From Perna viridis (lineage: Eukaryota): DNA of 64,000 nt. A program made the position numbers and the translations under genes. This document shows, one piece after another, positions 11,469-24,300 of the stretch. Under the pieces are notes generated by a model. It had not been told where the DNA came from, did not search any database, and saw only the letters and a program-made list of their open reading frames with translations. The DNA lies in NCBI GenBank assembly GCA_037379345.1, contig CM074511.1, positions 70,252,862-70,316,861 of the forward strand, in the 5' to 3' direction. Positions within the stretch are counted from its first letter, which is position 1; each line of letters begins with the position of its first letter.

Positions 11469-11548
11469 TATCCTCCCAAGTCAGGGTTTTGAGTCCACTC
11501 TCGCTCGAGGGAGCCAGACTGGACTCAAAACCGTGACTTGGAAGGATG
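11469..11548. mobile_element. 80-bp TIR-only derivative of the 14968-15446 MITE
   Basis: atcctcccaagtcagggttttgagtccactctcgctc-gagg-gagccagactggactcaaaaccgtgacttggaaggat; both arms match the TIRs of the larger element. Confidence 0.85.
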
Positions 11549-11756
11549 GCTAGTTGCGGTTCTTCTTATTATGAATATTACAGTGAACATCATTGGAAGT
11601 TTTGCCTGTTTTCACCTCTCAATCCTATATCGTTGTAAACCTGGATACTTCAAACCTTTTTAAGTTAAATGCATTTCGTACCAGTTGTATTTTAGTAGTT
11701 GCACCTCTTTGGACATTTTCTATCTGTATTGCCTCCTTTTATAGATCACTGACGAT

Positions 11757-11975
11757 ATGTTCTCATTTCGTTTATCGTCGTTCTTTAGGGGTTTTAGGCC
11801 GTTGAACCGGTATGAAGTGGTGGTCTATCGTAGACTTTCTGGACACTCAATACTTGGTGAAATCCGATACCCCTGAAAAAAAGCCCTGATATTGATCATT
11901 CCTTGAAATGTGTAACTTCAGTGCATTACGGCATCAAAGGCGTTCTACTGGTTTTCATTCTAGAGTGAAATTAAA
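11757..11975. repeat. Dispersed repeat, inverted partner of 5918-6126
   Basis: Reverse-complement similarity over ~210 bp. Confidence 0.8.
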
Positions 11976-14967
11976 TACAAAAACAAAAATGTGAATAAAG
12001 GCATGAGACTAATATAACTGCCCTGTCTCAAGGTTTAATTCAGGCAGTCCTTATGGTATGTTATGACTGGGTTGTTCACCGCCCTTAGGTCTAAGACAGC
12101 TGAGCAGTGTATTGATTTCTACCGCCTTTGGCTGACATTGTCATCCCGATGGGTTATCGTTGACATATACACCATACCCATTTTTGTTATATTGCTCACT
12201 CCAGATATATGGATGCACTACACTTTTGAATATAGCCAGAAAAAAATCTGTATACATAAAACTAGAACTTCCTTTCATCGTTCGCAGTCGTTGGTGTCCT
12301 TTCTGTTGACTAATGAACATGTATGCATGTATGTGAATGCACTTGTATACTTTGAACCACGTTACTATCCTTTACGTGGGATTTTATCTTTTTGCTCTAA
12401 TATCCGTATAAATCTCTTCGATAAAAGATTGTTCTACATTATGATTTACTTTTGCGTGGAACTAAGTACAAAAATGAAATGCTTTAAATAAGCTCGTATA
12501 AGCATTATAGTGTATAGCTGTCTAAAGACAATTTTGTATGTAATAAACGGCTGCAAAGCATTTTATTTCCTTATGCGATCGGGCAAAGTTGGAAACACTG
12601 TTAAAGTATATATCAAGCGCAAATAAAGCTTTTTAATTGCTTCTGTTTTTATTTTGAAAGTAGAAAAATTAAAAGCCGTTTGCAGTGTTTGCCTGTTAAA
12701 AAATTTTGACTCTGGGTATTTATCTATTGCAGTGATTAAGCGCAGTTCTATGTAACAAAATTCTTTCAAAACTGCTTTCTTTATCCGGGAAAAATCTTCA
12801 ATACATATACATTTATAATGCATGTCCTTACATGTATTCGATATTGCAAATTTAATATATGCGAAATGCTGGTCGATTGTACGCAATTTTGTGTGTATAA
12901 AATTCTGTTGCTAAAGTTTCTTGTATATAAAGTAAATGTTCCAACATTTCTTTCGTATTTAGTGTACACCTACACATACGCCACAAAACACGTAGACACT
13001 TAAAATACCCGTTTTTATATCAAAGCTGTTACCTGAGGAAGTACTATGATGCTCCGCTCAGGAGGAGCATGGATGTACATGTAAATTCTCCATGTTTATG
13101 TGTAAATATCTGTGCTTAATAGTCGACATGTAGTTTTAGTATTTGTTATAACTTATATAATATTTGTGCCAAGCGGTCCTTTCATGCTAATTGTTGTCTG
13201 CTGTTCAGCTTTTTGTCGGTTTTTCGAATATTTAATGTAAATTTTAGCGTCTATATTTTATGGGAACGAAGTTGTCTTTTATTTTAGTCAGCTGCATCCT
13301 GTGTTACGTTTGTATTTAATCCATGTCTCCAAAATTTTGTTACCCGCCTCTTGAAAATATTAGAAAACAAAAACAAAAACGAAAACAGGCCCGTTGGGGG
13401 TGGTGGATTTGATGGAGTACGACAATGCCTTATACATGTAGGTGTCAGGTTAAATAAGCATGGTCTGACCGTGAACCATCTGAAATTTAGTGGTATGAAT
13501 ATCCACGTGACATTTATTGAAACAAGTTTTCGAACCTGAATTTAAGATATGCCAAGCTTTCATGTGTTTTAGCGGAGATCCAGTTTGCATTGATGTTAAT
13601 CTTGTGAAACTCGACAAAAGGAGACCCCTGTTATTTTTATCCAAAATTGAAGTGCGTCACATCTGGGCCTCTTACCTTCCCAGTTTCATCCCCATTATTT
13701 TGACTGATGAACAGCGAAAATCTTGAAAGCGGCAGAACTTAAGCTCCCACCAACTCCCACCGGGAGACGGACAAGACCGTTGAAGAATGTATGATGGATG
13801 TTGGGAGGCTCAAGCCGAGAACGGCCGATAGCGGGAGGTTAATTACCTATATAGATGCATTTTTTTTCAAACTTTCCCACATTAATTTACAATCATTCGT
13901 AATCATCAATTCTAATAAAATAATGTTTCATTTTTATTTTTCTCATTTATATATGTTAAAACTTCGCAAATATTATAGAAATTATTGATTTAACTAAAAG
14001 TATTGATAAGTTTATCAGCAATGATTTGTGCATGTACGTGCTTATTATATTTCCGCTATTGTACTCGGAAAACTTTCAACACTTTGCTCAGGGATCCGTC
14101 TGGTCTGGTTGTCTGTCTGTCTGTCTGTCTGTCGTTAACCACGAGAATCAGTATTGACTTTTAAATGGTTATGAAGATGTATATAGCCACTCATGCAGTG
14201 TTATTATGTAGTTGTGATGATGTGATGATTCTGTTTTCAGCGTAACATACTCTGAGACTCAATGATTTTATTTTTTTTTTAATTTTATACAAGTTTGATT
14301 CAAGTAAAACGATATTTTACGGAAGGGGAGACAAAAATGATTAATTGATTAAGCTTTATAAAATGTAGAAGCTACAGGGCTAAGTGCGCGACGGCACCAA
14401 TTCGAAACTACCTAACGAATTGTTACATCGGGCACTGAGGATTAATTAAATGAATTAATATATATACCTCCTTAATTTTAAGCTTCAAAGCTCAATTCAT
14501 GCGCAAACAAAAAAAAAATACATACAACATTTTTCTGGCTGATTCTAGAACGCAAAACTATTAAGTATTAATACTACATGTATGATATAGCAACATATTA
14601 ATTTTAATTGATATAAACACACACAGATCGACATTTAACAAAAGAGAAATACATTATACTTGTGTGCCTCTATGACCAGGGTTTCCTCCTCGTCTTGTTA
14701 CTACATGTGTCTAAAAAATTATGTAAAATATATCACTAAGGTGTAGTTGTTTTTTACTTTATTCAACATATGGTAATTGAATATGCATATCATTCTGTTT
14801 ATTTCTTTTAAAAACGAAATAAATTTTCTCTTTTGATTTCTTTAAAAATGAAGATGAAATAAAGTGTTTTAATTTAAAAAATGGAACAATTTGAGTTTAT
14901 TAAAGGGAGATTATTTCATTTTTTCTAGTAGGCACTACAGTGCCTTATGTACCCTCATCCTTTCCCT

Positions 14968-15446
14968 CATCCTCTCAAGTCAGGGTTTTGAGTCCACTCT
15001 CGCTCCCTCGAACCCCTGACATCACTCATTCATATTTAGCGGGTATCGTCCAGCCAATTCCGATTGGTTACTTCTCCGTGTGAGAAGCACCAATGAAAAT
15101 CGATTTAACATAAAATGTCTGTGGAAAGGTAAACAATAATACGAGGTAATGGACGATCCGATATAGTAACTGAAAGTTGCATGATGTCACAAATGATGCA
15201 ATTTGAGCAAATATGATAACTGTAGATTCTGTGTAGAGTCTTACTGGAAAAAATGACGTTATGTGTAGCCACTTTGTAAGTTATATCGAAGAGTGTCTAT
15301 TACGAGTGATTTGATTGGATTTTGGATCCAGGTTAAATTTAAGTAACTCACTAGATGGCGCTGGTCGAAACCCGCTAAATATGAATGAGTGATTTCAGGG
15401 GTTTGAGGGAGCGAGTGTGGACTCAAAACCCTGACTTGGGAGGATT
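14968..15446. mobile_element. MITE with ~85 bp TIRs and 9-bp TSD (Mutator-like)
   Basis: atcctctcaagtcagggttttgagtcc...tttagcgggtatcgtccagc pairs with gctggtcgaaacccgctaaa...ggactcaaaaccctgacttgggaggat. TSD CCTTTCCCT at 14959-14967 and 15447-15455. Confidence 0.88.
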
Positions 15447-15639
15447 CCTTTCCCTAGGTGTAGCCAAAAAAACGGCTGTTCCATTTAACCTCCCTCGTAT
15501 GGAAGTTGGATTAAATTTGTGTACTTGTGTCATGTGCGTATTTATATAATTGATTTCAATTAGACAGCTGTTAAATCATTGCGTAAACGTTTCTAAATGA
15601 GTGCTCGGACTCGAAGAAACAGCAAAAGAAAAGCGACAG

Positions 15640-15947
15640 TACGCAGGTGCTAAAGGTGGGGTTGTACCGACATATATACTGTTTGACTACCCCGGACTTG
15701 ACTTTTTATGAGCAGCTCGGCGGGTGTTTCTAGAAAAGCAGAGGACGCTTACCCTACCGGTGCACTTGGTCCATGCTCCCAGTTTTTAGTGGAGTCCGAG
15801 TTGCTCATTTACTTTTGTTACTTTGTATGTATGATTTTAGTTACTTTATGTTCTTTTTTGTGTATGTCTGTTTTCCATGTCTGGTCTTTGTCCCTGGATT
15901 ACATTCTTTTGATTACCGCTATAAACTTGGTTCCCTTGGTTACTCTT
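15640..15947 (+). mobile_element. 3' terminal region of a Penelope-like retroelement, copy 1
   Basis: 15686-15947 is highly similar to the reverse complement of 50311-50598. The gcagaggacgcttaccctaccggtgcac...tttttagtggagtccgagttgctc segment resembles the tail that follows LYDKRDDF-type RTs in bivalves (from recall). Confidence 0.7.
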
Positions 15948-16449
15948 TGACGATATAAAGACATCATATTAGAAATCATGATTTTTACTTCATCGGCGCG
16001 CTACGTCGGATTTTTGCGCCACCAGGGCACATTGATTAGACCTTTGGGTCACATGAATATTAAATTCGGGGTGAGTATTTTTTACTTGTTTAAACGATTT
16101 GTGGAACATAAACAACATGAATTTATTCCAGATATTGTTAATATTGTGTACAAATGTGACTTTCATTCGTATCTTTTGGAATTTATGCTTGAATGCAGCT
16201 TCGTTACCAAAGAACTCTGGAAAACGCCATACGTATATAAACATATTGTATATAGTCGAAATATTACAATTCAGATATTGAACGTTTCAGTAACATTCAA
16301 AACAGTTGTAACCTTGCCTAAAAAGGGAGAATGGTAATTCATGATCACTAACTCCTTACTCTACAGATGTAAATTTAATGTTTTCAATGTACATGTAATC
16401 GAGTATTTGCACATGGTTATTTCTGTATCTAATTAAAATTAAATCCATT

Positions 16450-17540
16450 TCAGATCGCCAGTTGATAATGACCAATCCTCTTGCCAGCACTAAAATATTT
16501 TGGAACTGGATGAGTCTTTCTCTGGTGGTTTTTAAAAGAGGATATAGATGAATTTCTTATATCAACCGGTAGTTGATTCCACAATTTAGTGGACGAAGGA
16601 AGAAACCTGTTGTGACAGTAGCTAGTCCTTGAAGGTATGTACACTAAATTGCAAGTACGATATGTATGCGTATTGCCAAACGATGTAGGAACCAAAGCAG
16701 TATTGTTGACCATCTAATGAAATAATACAAGCTTGTGATTTGTTCGTCTGTCTCTTAAAGTCTCCCAACCCGTCTCATCTAAAAGAATATTCTGACTTGT
16801 TAAATTTGAGGCGCCAGTAACAATACGTACAGCCTCATAATTAATTTTCTCCAATCTATCTTTCATATACTCAGAGCAGTTATCCCAGATTACACCAGCG
16901 TATTCAAGAACAGGTCGAATGGACGAGAAATACATTGTCTAAAGAGATCTTCTATCAGTCATATATTTCAGACGGCGCAACAGGTTTAGGCGGACGGATG
17001 CCTTTGTAATGTTCTCGTTAATGTGTTTATTCCAGCTACCGTCACTAGAAAATAGAAGGCCTAAATGCTTACGCGACTGAACGGTCTTAATAACATTACC
17101 ATCCATAAGTAAACGATGGTGATAATCAAGATCAACTTTTCTAGATATTATATTAGATTCGATTTTCTTTGGATTAAATGTTAGTAGCCATCTCTCGACC
17201 CAACGACTAATTCGTTGTATATCGGCATTTAAAGTGATGGATGCCAGAAGAGGGCTGTCAACAATTACATAAATACTAGTGTCATCGGCAAACAGTTTTA
17301 TATTACAATTAACTTCATTAACAGTGTCGTTAATAAGAACTATAAATAATATGGGCTCCAGAATAGAACCTTGAGGAACACCAGCGTTTATAGATACCAA
17401 AGAAGATTCTTGTCCATTTAAAACCACTCTTTGCATCCGCATGATAATAAACTCCCTGTGGTACCCATTTTTTGTAATTTGTAAACCAACCCTCTATGCC
17501 AAACATAATCGAAAGCTTTACTGATATCAAAGAATTGACA
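16450..17540 (-). mobile_element. 5'-truncated CR1/L2-group LINE ORF2 (RT and C-terminal region), degenerate
   Basis: QRVVLNG..SINAGVPQGSILEPILF...LFADDT...KHLGL, IRPVLEYAGVIWDNC, GWETLRDRR and RFLPSSTKLWNQLP occur in consecutive ORFs separated by stops. Confidence 0.95.
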
Positions 17541-17895
17541 CCTTTAGATAGGCAATGAGTTGATGTCATATGCATGGCTTAATATTCACCTGAATATTAA
17601 AATGTTAGTACAATACTAAGGCAAAAAATAATAGAAATATTTATAAAATGGAAATTACATGAAGTATTATGTGTTAGTTTTCTAATTTTTAGAAAGTACT
17701 GTTATCAGTATTTTTAGGTCAAATTAATATCACAAACAAAATTAACTTTTCCACAGTATCATAAACACAGGTGCATAGATGTATGGCACTGACCACCAGT
17801 AGTTTTTCTTTGTTTACTGTTTACCTATTAGATTAAAGATGAATAATTTTATAGCTGTTACAAATTAGTTAAGCTAATTTTTAAGATTTTTTTCA

Positions 17896-18000
17896 CATCG
17901 TTGGGAATTTTTCAGACCTTTCTATACGTTTATGTATCTTCCCTGTATCAATTTGATCCGATGGAGCAGTGTAGCGAATAGAGTCGTCACATTCTGAGAC
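17896..18000. repeat. Inverted partial copy of the tRNA-headed repeat unit
   Basis: Reverse complement of 18733-18838 (gtctcagaatgtgacgactc...aaattcccaacgatg). Confidence 0.85.
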
Positions 18001-18205
18001 CAGGCGCGTAGCTGTCATTAGGCAAAAAAGCTTTTGCCTGCACTTAATTTTGCTAATATTTTTTTTTAGATAAAATACATCCAGGAGAGGCATAAATGAT
18101 GCTCTAAAACGCTATTTCCGCGGAGCTTCGTGGGGGCTTCGCCCCCTGGACTCCCCACTGCCGTAATTTTGCCTACACTTCAATTTGGCCTCAGCTACGC
18201 GCCTG
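18001..18205. mobile_element. 205-bp MITE with 14-bp perfect TIR and 5-bp TSD
   Basis: CAGGCGCGTAGCTG...CAGCTACGCGCCTG, with GAGAC on both sides (17996-18000, 18206-18210) and an internal ggggcttcgccccctgg motif. Confidence 0.85.
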
Positions 18206-18409
18206 GAGACCTTTGTGTATATGAAGAAGGTCATTTGTTGACTGAAAATTGTGCTCATTATATATTTTATTATACTGTATTAACATCTTTATCGGTATGG
18301 TTGTACAATTCTTTAGACTTATATATATATTATTTTTGTGCTACATCGTCATGACTCGACGATCCGATACCCATGAAGTTTGCTGGTTGGCTATATATAT
18401 GTATATATA

Positions 18410-18972
18410 TATAGAATGGTCTGAAAAATTCCCAACGATGTTAGAACTGTCAAATTTGCGATGCAAATGTTTGGTCGGACTCGAACTTGTACTGCTGTGA
18501 CATCTATGGCAACACCGCCTGCACAAAGTCCAGCGCCCTAGACCACTCGGCCAGCTAGGCTATATAAAAATATAGCTTTCGCTGGCCGGGTCATTCCTCC
18601 TCGTAGGATTAATCTAGGGCTGTTACTTAGTACACGATGTATGGTGGTACGGGACAGTTCATTTAGATGTTAATATGTAGGATAGAGGATCAAATTAATG
18701 ATGCATGTCACAACAAATCAATATTATACAACGTCTCAGAATGTGACGACTCTATTTGCTACACTGCTCCATCGGATCAAATTGATACAGGGAAGATATA
18801 TAAACGTATAGAATGGTCTGAAAAATTCCCAACGATGTTAGAACTGTCAAATTTGCGATGCAAATTTTTGGTCGTTCTCTACGCGGGACTCGAACTCGTA
18901 CTGCTGTGACATCTATGGCAACACCGCCTGCACTAAGTCCAGCGCCCTAGACCACTCGACCAGCTAGGCTAT
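18410..18972 (-). mobile_element. Tandem tRNA-derived (Leu-like) SINE-type repeat, two heads ~410 bp apart
   Basis: Minus strand agcctagcTGGTCGAGTGGtctagggcgctggacttag...GAGTTCGAGTCCcgc has Pol III A and B boxes and a tRNA-Leu-like D/anticodon region. Heads are at ~18474-18561 and ~18880-18970. Confidence 0.75.
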
Positions 18973-20909
18973 ATATATATAAAGTCAATATGTAGTTTGC
19001 CTCAATATGGACTTTTTAAACATTTTGTTTTTGTTGGGTTTTGTTTCCTCATTTAATAGAATATTCTTTGTTTTATTAGATGTACGTTTTTATCATTTCA
19101 TATGTTTCGCTAGATCTATTTATCAGCTCTTGTGTTATGAAGATATTTCCTTTATTCAAACCGGATACTGGTATGTTTTGGTCCAATGCAATTTCTGAAG
19201 AAAGGTAAACTTGCTGCAGAAATAAAATTGACAGACGTGTTGGCAATTTAGTACACACAGCTTTTCAAAGACATCATATTTATTTTAAATTTCGGCTTGC
19301 AATCAGTATTGTATCGATTTTGTTTATTTAATGTAACGAGAGTCTGCTGTGAAAGTGCAAGTTTCTTAGTGAATGTCGAAGTGTACCATACCGTTACGGC
19401 ATACCAGTCGTGACTACATATATAGGCAGTTTGACTTTTTTTGTTCGATGTTAAAAATAGTGGAATAAGTTTCATGTGTTCTATTTTGTGTACACATGTA
19501 TAGGTCTTTTTAGATTTACAGAAATGCGATTTTAATGTCGGAATTTGTCAATTTTTATTTGTCAATTTGAACACCCATAACTGCATAAGACATACTGAGC
19601 AGATTACAAAACAAATATCATAAAAAAAACAAACAGTGATTAAGGTACTGTAGTGACAGTATAGTGGTGTTTTGTTTTAAGATATTTAATTAAAAGTAAG
19701 TGTATAAGCACAGTGACCCTGCAATGTCGGTGTATACTTACACATGTACATGAATCTTACTACATAAATGTAATGAACAGAGGTTTCATGTTGATCCATC
19801 CCAGTGTTCTCTTCAGGCACTTAAAGTGCTGTGCTTTACAGCGTTATCGAGATTGGTACTGCACAATCTTGCTACCAGCGCTGTGCTATAAACTTATGTT
19901 TGAAGATTAAAAATCAATTTCAACAGGAAACGTGAGTGCCCCGAGTTCATTTATGGCATCCTACAAGGTAATTACCAGTAAACACGCTATGGTCAGTTGA
20001 TCACCGTGTGACCGCAAAGGTGTCTGAAGCCAATAAAAGTTATGACATTGCCAACAAGATTCTTTATCAGTCATCCCACCTGGCCACAAATTAATTTTAA
20101 TGAAGGTGTCAATCAAATATTAATATCTGATACTGAACCTATCAAAACTGACTATAGTAAAAATTCACTCAATCCTGACCAAAAGCATGTGGCTATTTAT
20201 AAATGCAAAGTTGAATAATTGCACAATCACACAACATTAAGAAGCTGATTTACCCTATAAAAGAACACATTGAATTCCCAAACAGTATTTATTCCATCAG
20301 ATACTTCCAAAACACTTTGAAAAAAAAAAGGAAATGGTCATCTTTTGGTTACATTGTCATGTTGTGTACCAAGAGCACATGTTTTTTGGTGGGAAAATTC
20401 ATTAGGAAATAGATTGTAAAATCCCCCAAGTCTAAAAATAGTACAACAGGTGTGGGGAAATGTTTTTTTTGTAAGTCATGATATGGGGTTTTGTCATGAA
20501 TAAACTACGTATAAACATAATAATAATTACTTATCATAATATGAAAGATCATCTTTTATTTTTCTGTTAATTTAAAAAGGAAAAACAAAAAATGGTATTA
20601 AGTTATAATTACTGCAAAACCATATAAACCAAAAACAAAAACATGTAAACCAAAACAGCAATGTACAAATGTACATTTTTAATACACTGATCAATCTTTA
20701 TATAATACATTAAATACAAAATAGCAACTTTTGACACGAGACATACTAATGTTGTGTTGTGCATGCTGAATACAGCGCTATCTGAAAATCCTGGGGAGAA
20801 CCCTATCCGCCCCCTAGTGGATCTGTCCCAGTCAATCGGTCCCCAGTAGATCTGCCCCCCAAGTGGATCCTTCCCCTTTTTATCAATTTAGATCGAAGAT
20901 CAAAATTGA

Positions 20910-21323
20910 TATTCCCTACTTGCGGAGCTCGGTATACAGCCATATTTTATCCTGTTTTTGCAGAGTTATCTCCCGTAAGAGCAGATATAATTTCGAAGTC
21001 TTTCAAATCGATGTTCGGATCTGGGTGCAGAAAAAAGAGGTAACTCCAATGAAAACGGAATCCCCAGCAAACAAACACAACAGTGTTTCTAAAATTTACA
21101 GGGTGTTTCATTTTGTTGGTAGGTTACATAAGGATGATTTTCATTTGTATCCCGGGTAAAAAAAATTTATGGCAGGGTCGGTAGAATGAGAAATTCTCTT
21201 TTGACTTTCGAGATTTTCTAAAGTATTGTTGATATTGGATGGAAAACCTTGCGTGTTCCGAATAGATACCTGCTACAAAGGGAGATAAATGTTGACAAAA
21301 TGTTGGTCCGCAAGTCGGGAATA
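20910..21323. mobile_element. Inverted-repeat element (MITE-like) at the CpG boundary
   Basis: tattccctacttgcgg pairs with ccgcaagtcgggaata, and an inner match ttatctccc...agcagatat pairs with atacctgctacaaagggagataa. Confidence 0.6.
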
Positions 21324-21386
21324 GCAGTCTCCAGAGCCTTTAGATTTGTAAAGCCTGATAGCTGTAATTATCTTACACTACTGCAG
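21324..21386 (+). other. Candidate non-coding first exon of a long + strand gene
   Basis: Ends in CAG|GTAAAT and lies where CpG depletion and T/G skew begin. The start coordinate is a guess. Confidence 0.25.
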
Positions 21387-24300
21387 GTAAATAGTACCAT
21401 CAGCATACCCCATTAATGTTCATATGCAGATAGTTCGGTCCATTTTGAAGGTATTTCTAATATGTTATTTGCCGCTCATTTTTTGGCCATTTTTGTTACA
21501 AAAGGATAGCATAACCCTCGAAATCATCCAGATGTATCTTCCATTATAACATGTATTTTTATTACGGGTACTGCACAGTGTCTTAGAAAGCCAGAAGATG
21601 GGAAATAAAAATGAAACTTTGCACAGAATAATGGCATAGGAATTTCGATAATACATTTCTCAGGAATTGTCATTTTTTTTTTGGTCTGGTGTCATTGCTT
21701 TTTACTATAATCATTCTGTTTTGCTATTTTGGCCATGTGTATATTATTAAAATAGAGCTGTAGGTGCTCCAGGGCCTTAAAAGTGCATAGCTAATGTTTT
21801 CTGCGCCAGGCATGATTGGTGAAATTATATCACAGGGGCTTGCTCCCACTATCAAATATGCAGCCCGACTTTATATAATAAGAAGTATTTGGTGGTGATA
21901 CCTGTGTTTTTGCAGAGCAGTAAAATGTAATACATGTTTGTTCGATTTTAAAGAGTTTAAGTGAGTTAACTTACCCCCAAATCTGGGATCCCCCTTTTCG
22001 TCTTACATGTATATACTGTGATTATATTATAAAACTGGCATTTATGTTAATGTATGTGTCTCTGGAGTAGTTGCCAAGAACTAAGCACTTTCACATGACA
22101 CATAGGTAGGTGTCCATGGAATAACTTGCAGCACTTGAGCTATAAAGCTTGTCAAATGAGAAATGTAGCTAGTTGGGATGAACATGTTACTAGGGATATT
22201 ATTTATTTCAATGATTGTGGATTAAGTTTTAATGATTTAATAGACTGTTGACTTGGAGGTCGATAAATTGAATTTCGACCTTAAAATCTAAAAACTGAGA
22301 ATGGCCAACTAGTAGTTTGTAGTTTAATCATGCATTATGTAGGAGAGTTTTGTGTTCATTCATCTAGGTGTTCCACATAAAGCGATCGAACCTGAATATT
22401 ATGCAAACTGGCGTACTGCTACGATACATTATGAACTTGGGTGTATGTGTGCATTTTTAAATGTCCTCATAATCAGAATGGTGATTTAAGAAATTGTTTT
22501 AAAACAAAGAGTTCAGTACTAATTGTTTATAATAAGAAACGTTTGAATACGATTCCCATACTTTCCTTATATCCCATATTTTTGCAATATGACGATTTAC
22601 ATTACTTGAGGCGTAAAAACTCAAACGAACGATGTAAATTGATTCAGTACATGAGTATTGGATTAGAATTGATCTGTCCCCAATCATAAACTTGATGCAT
22701 TATGCATTAGGGATTCTTACAATTAATAAAAGGAAACATAAATATTGAAAATAAATTGTCTTATCCTTTTCTATACATGTATTATCTTTTCTTATATTTT
22801 TTTATATAAATGAAAAGATTATTGTTCATAAAATATTATTACATGTAATATTAGACCTTATTGCCCCTCTGCCCCTTTTGAGTCCTCCCCTAGTGCCCAT
22901 TCATAATTATCTGAATGTCCCTTTCAGATTACACTCTTGTATATAAATAAACCCAAGCCAGTTAAGAAGTGTCACCTTCATGAACTACATCCTTTCATAA
23001 TTAACCCTCAGGTAATTATCACTATTGGGTAATCGACAAGTAGAAAATGGATCCTGATTGGATCTATCACCATTTTATGGACAGCCAATCATTGGTTAAT
23101 AATTAATTTCTACTGTACAGTTAATTTCTCATATTTTAGTCTGTCATAAATTTAAAGAATCACTTGCCCGTAATCACATTCATGTATAATTTTAGGTACA
23201 TTAGGATATTATTAGGTAAAATGCCCAATTGGAAAAGGTTGTTGACTGCTTTCGTTCTTTTTGGAATCCTATTTAGTGTCAAAAAGGGGAATACTAGTAT
23301 TTGTTTATTCCAGTTTTAAGCCCAGTTGTTTATTTAAAATTTTAGCTCACCCAATAAAAAAACTTATTAGCATATTTTTGTGCTAAAAATATAACCAACC
23401 AAGACAGAGAAGATTTACGAGCTGTCATGATATGTGTGTGTCAAAATAATGTCACAATTGCTTCTATGAAACTTTCATTACAAAATTAAGAGGTTTGCAG
23501 GTGGTTTTTATACAGGGACATATGGGACAAATGTATCAACCATCTTGTTTTGATACAATAGGCTTTTATAGCTGGAGTATTTAATATGTTAAAGCTTGTG
23601 GCCAAAATCTCCTTCAAAGAAAAATGCAAGATTTTTCCCTAGTTTGACAGAATTTACACATTTTGCACTATGGTATCCATATTGCATTGTTGAATTGCAA
23701 AAAAAAGTTTTTATTGGCACACATTTACAAAACAAATATTATGGAATACCTATACTGCTTTGCCTTAGTTTAATTTCTAGACTGAATTTAATATAAACTG
23801 AATTTACCTCTTACATCACAATGTATTAAGCCTGAATGTTGTGTCCATATGGGCCTTAGCAGATTCAACCGATGTGGTCATATAAAGTTGCAACTTATTT
23901 TAAGTTTAGTATTATGAAAATAAAAGGATTTGACTTTAAGTGCTTTGTGAGGGCCAGACAAATGTTATAATAGCTGTTCATGAAGTATATACATATTTTG
24001 TAGTAAAAAATGTTATTGAAATTTTCTGAGTAAAAAAAAATGCAATCGTGCATAAAAACAATGTGTAATTAGAACCATTACATTAGTTGCTCATCATATT
24101 CCTCAAAAGATGAAATGAAACTTGAGAGTTAAAACTGTAAGTTTTGCAAAAAAGATGCTTACATGAAGGATTACTTACAAATGTAGGTTTAAGATATTTT
24201 ATGCTATAGTCCATCTAAATACCATCATCAATAAACATAAAGTATAAAAAAGTGTAATTAGTTACAATAGATTTTAAAGCTACAGGATATTTGCATTTTC

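Noticed and set aside
12063-13003. Cluster of 60-140 aa ORFs
   Set aside because: AT-rich, overlapping on both strands, with no recognisable motif or splice structure; consistent with random ORFs.
15708-15950. 80-aa hydrophobic ORF (and its counterparts at 50110-50575)
   Set aside because: Translation of a repeated T-rich retroelement tail; the frame is not conserved between the two copies.
18880-18970. Functional tRNA-Leu gene
   Set aside because: No proper acceptor stem or anticodon stem closure, and it is embedded in a repeat unit; treated as a tRNA-derived repeat.
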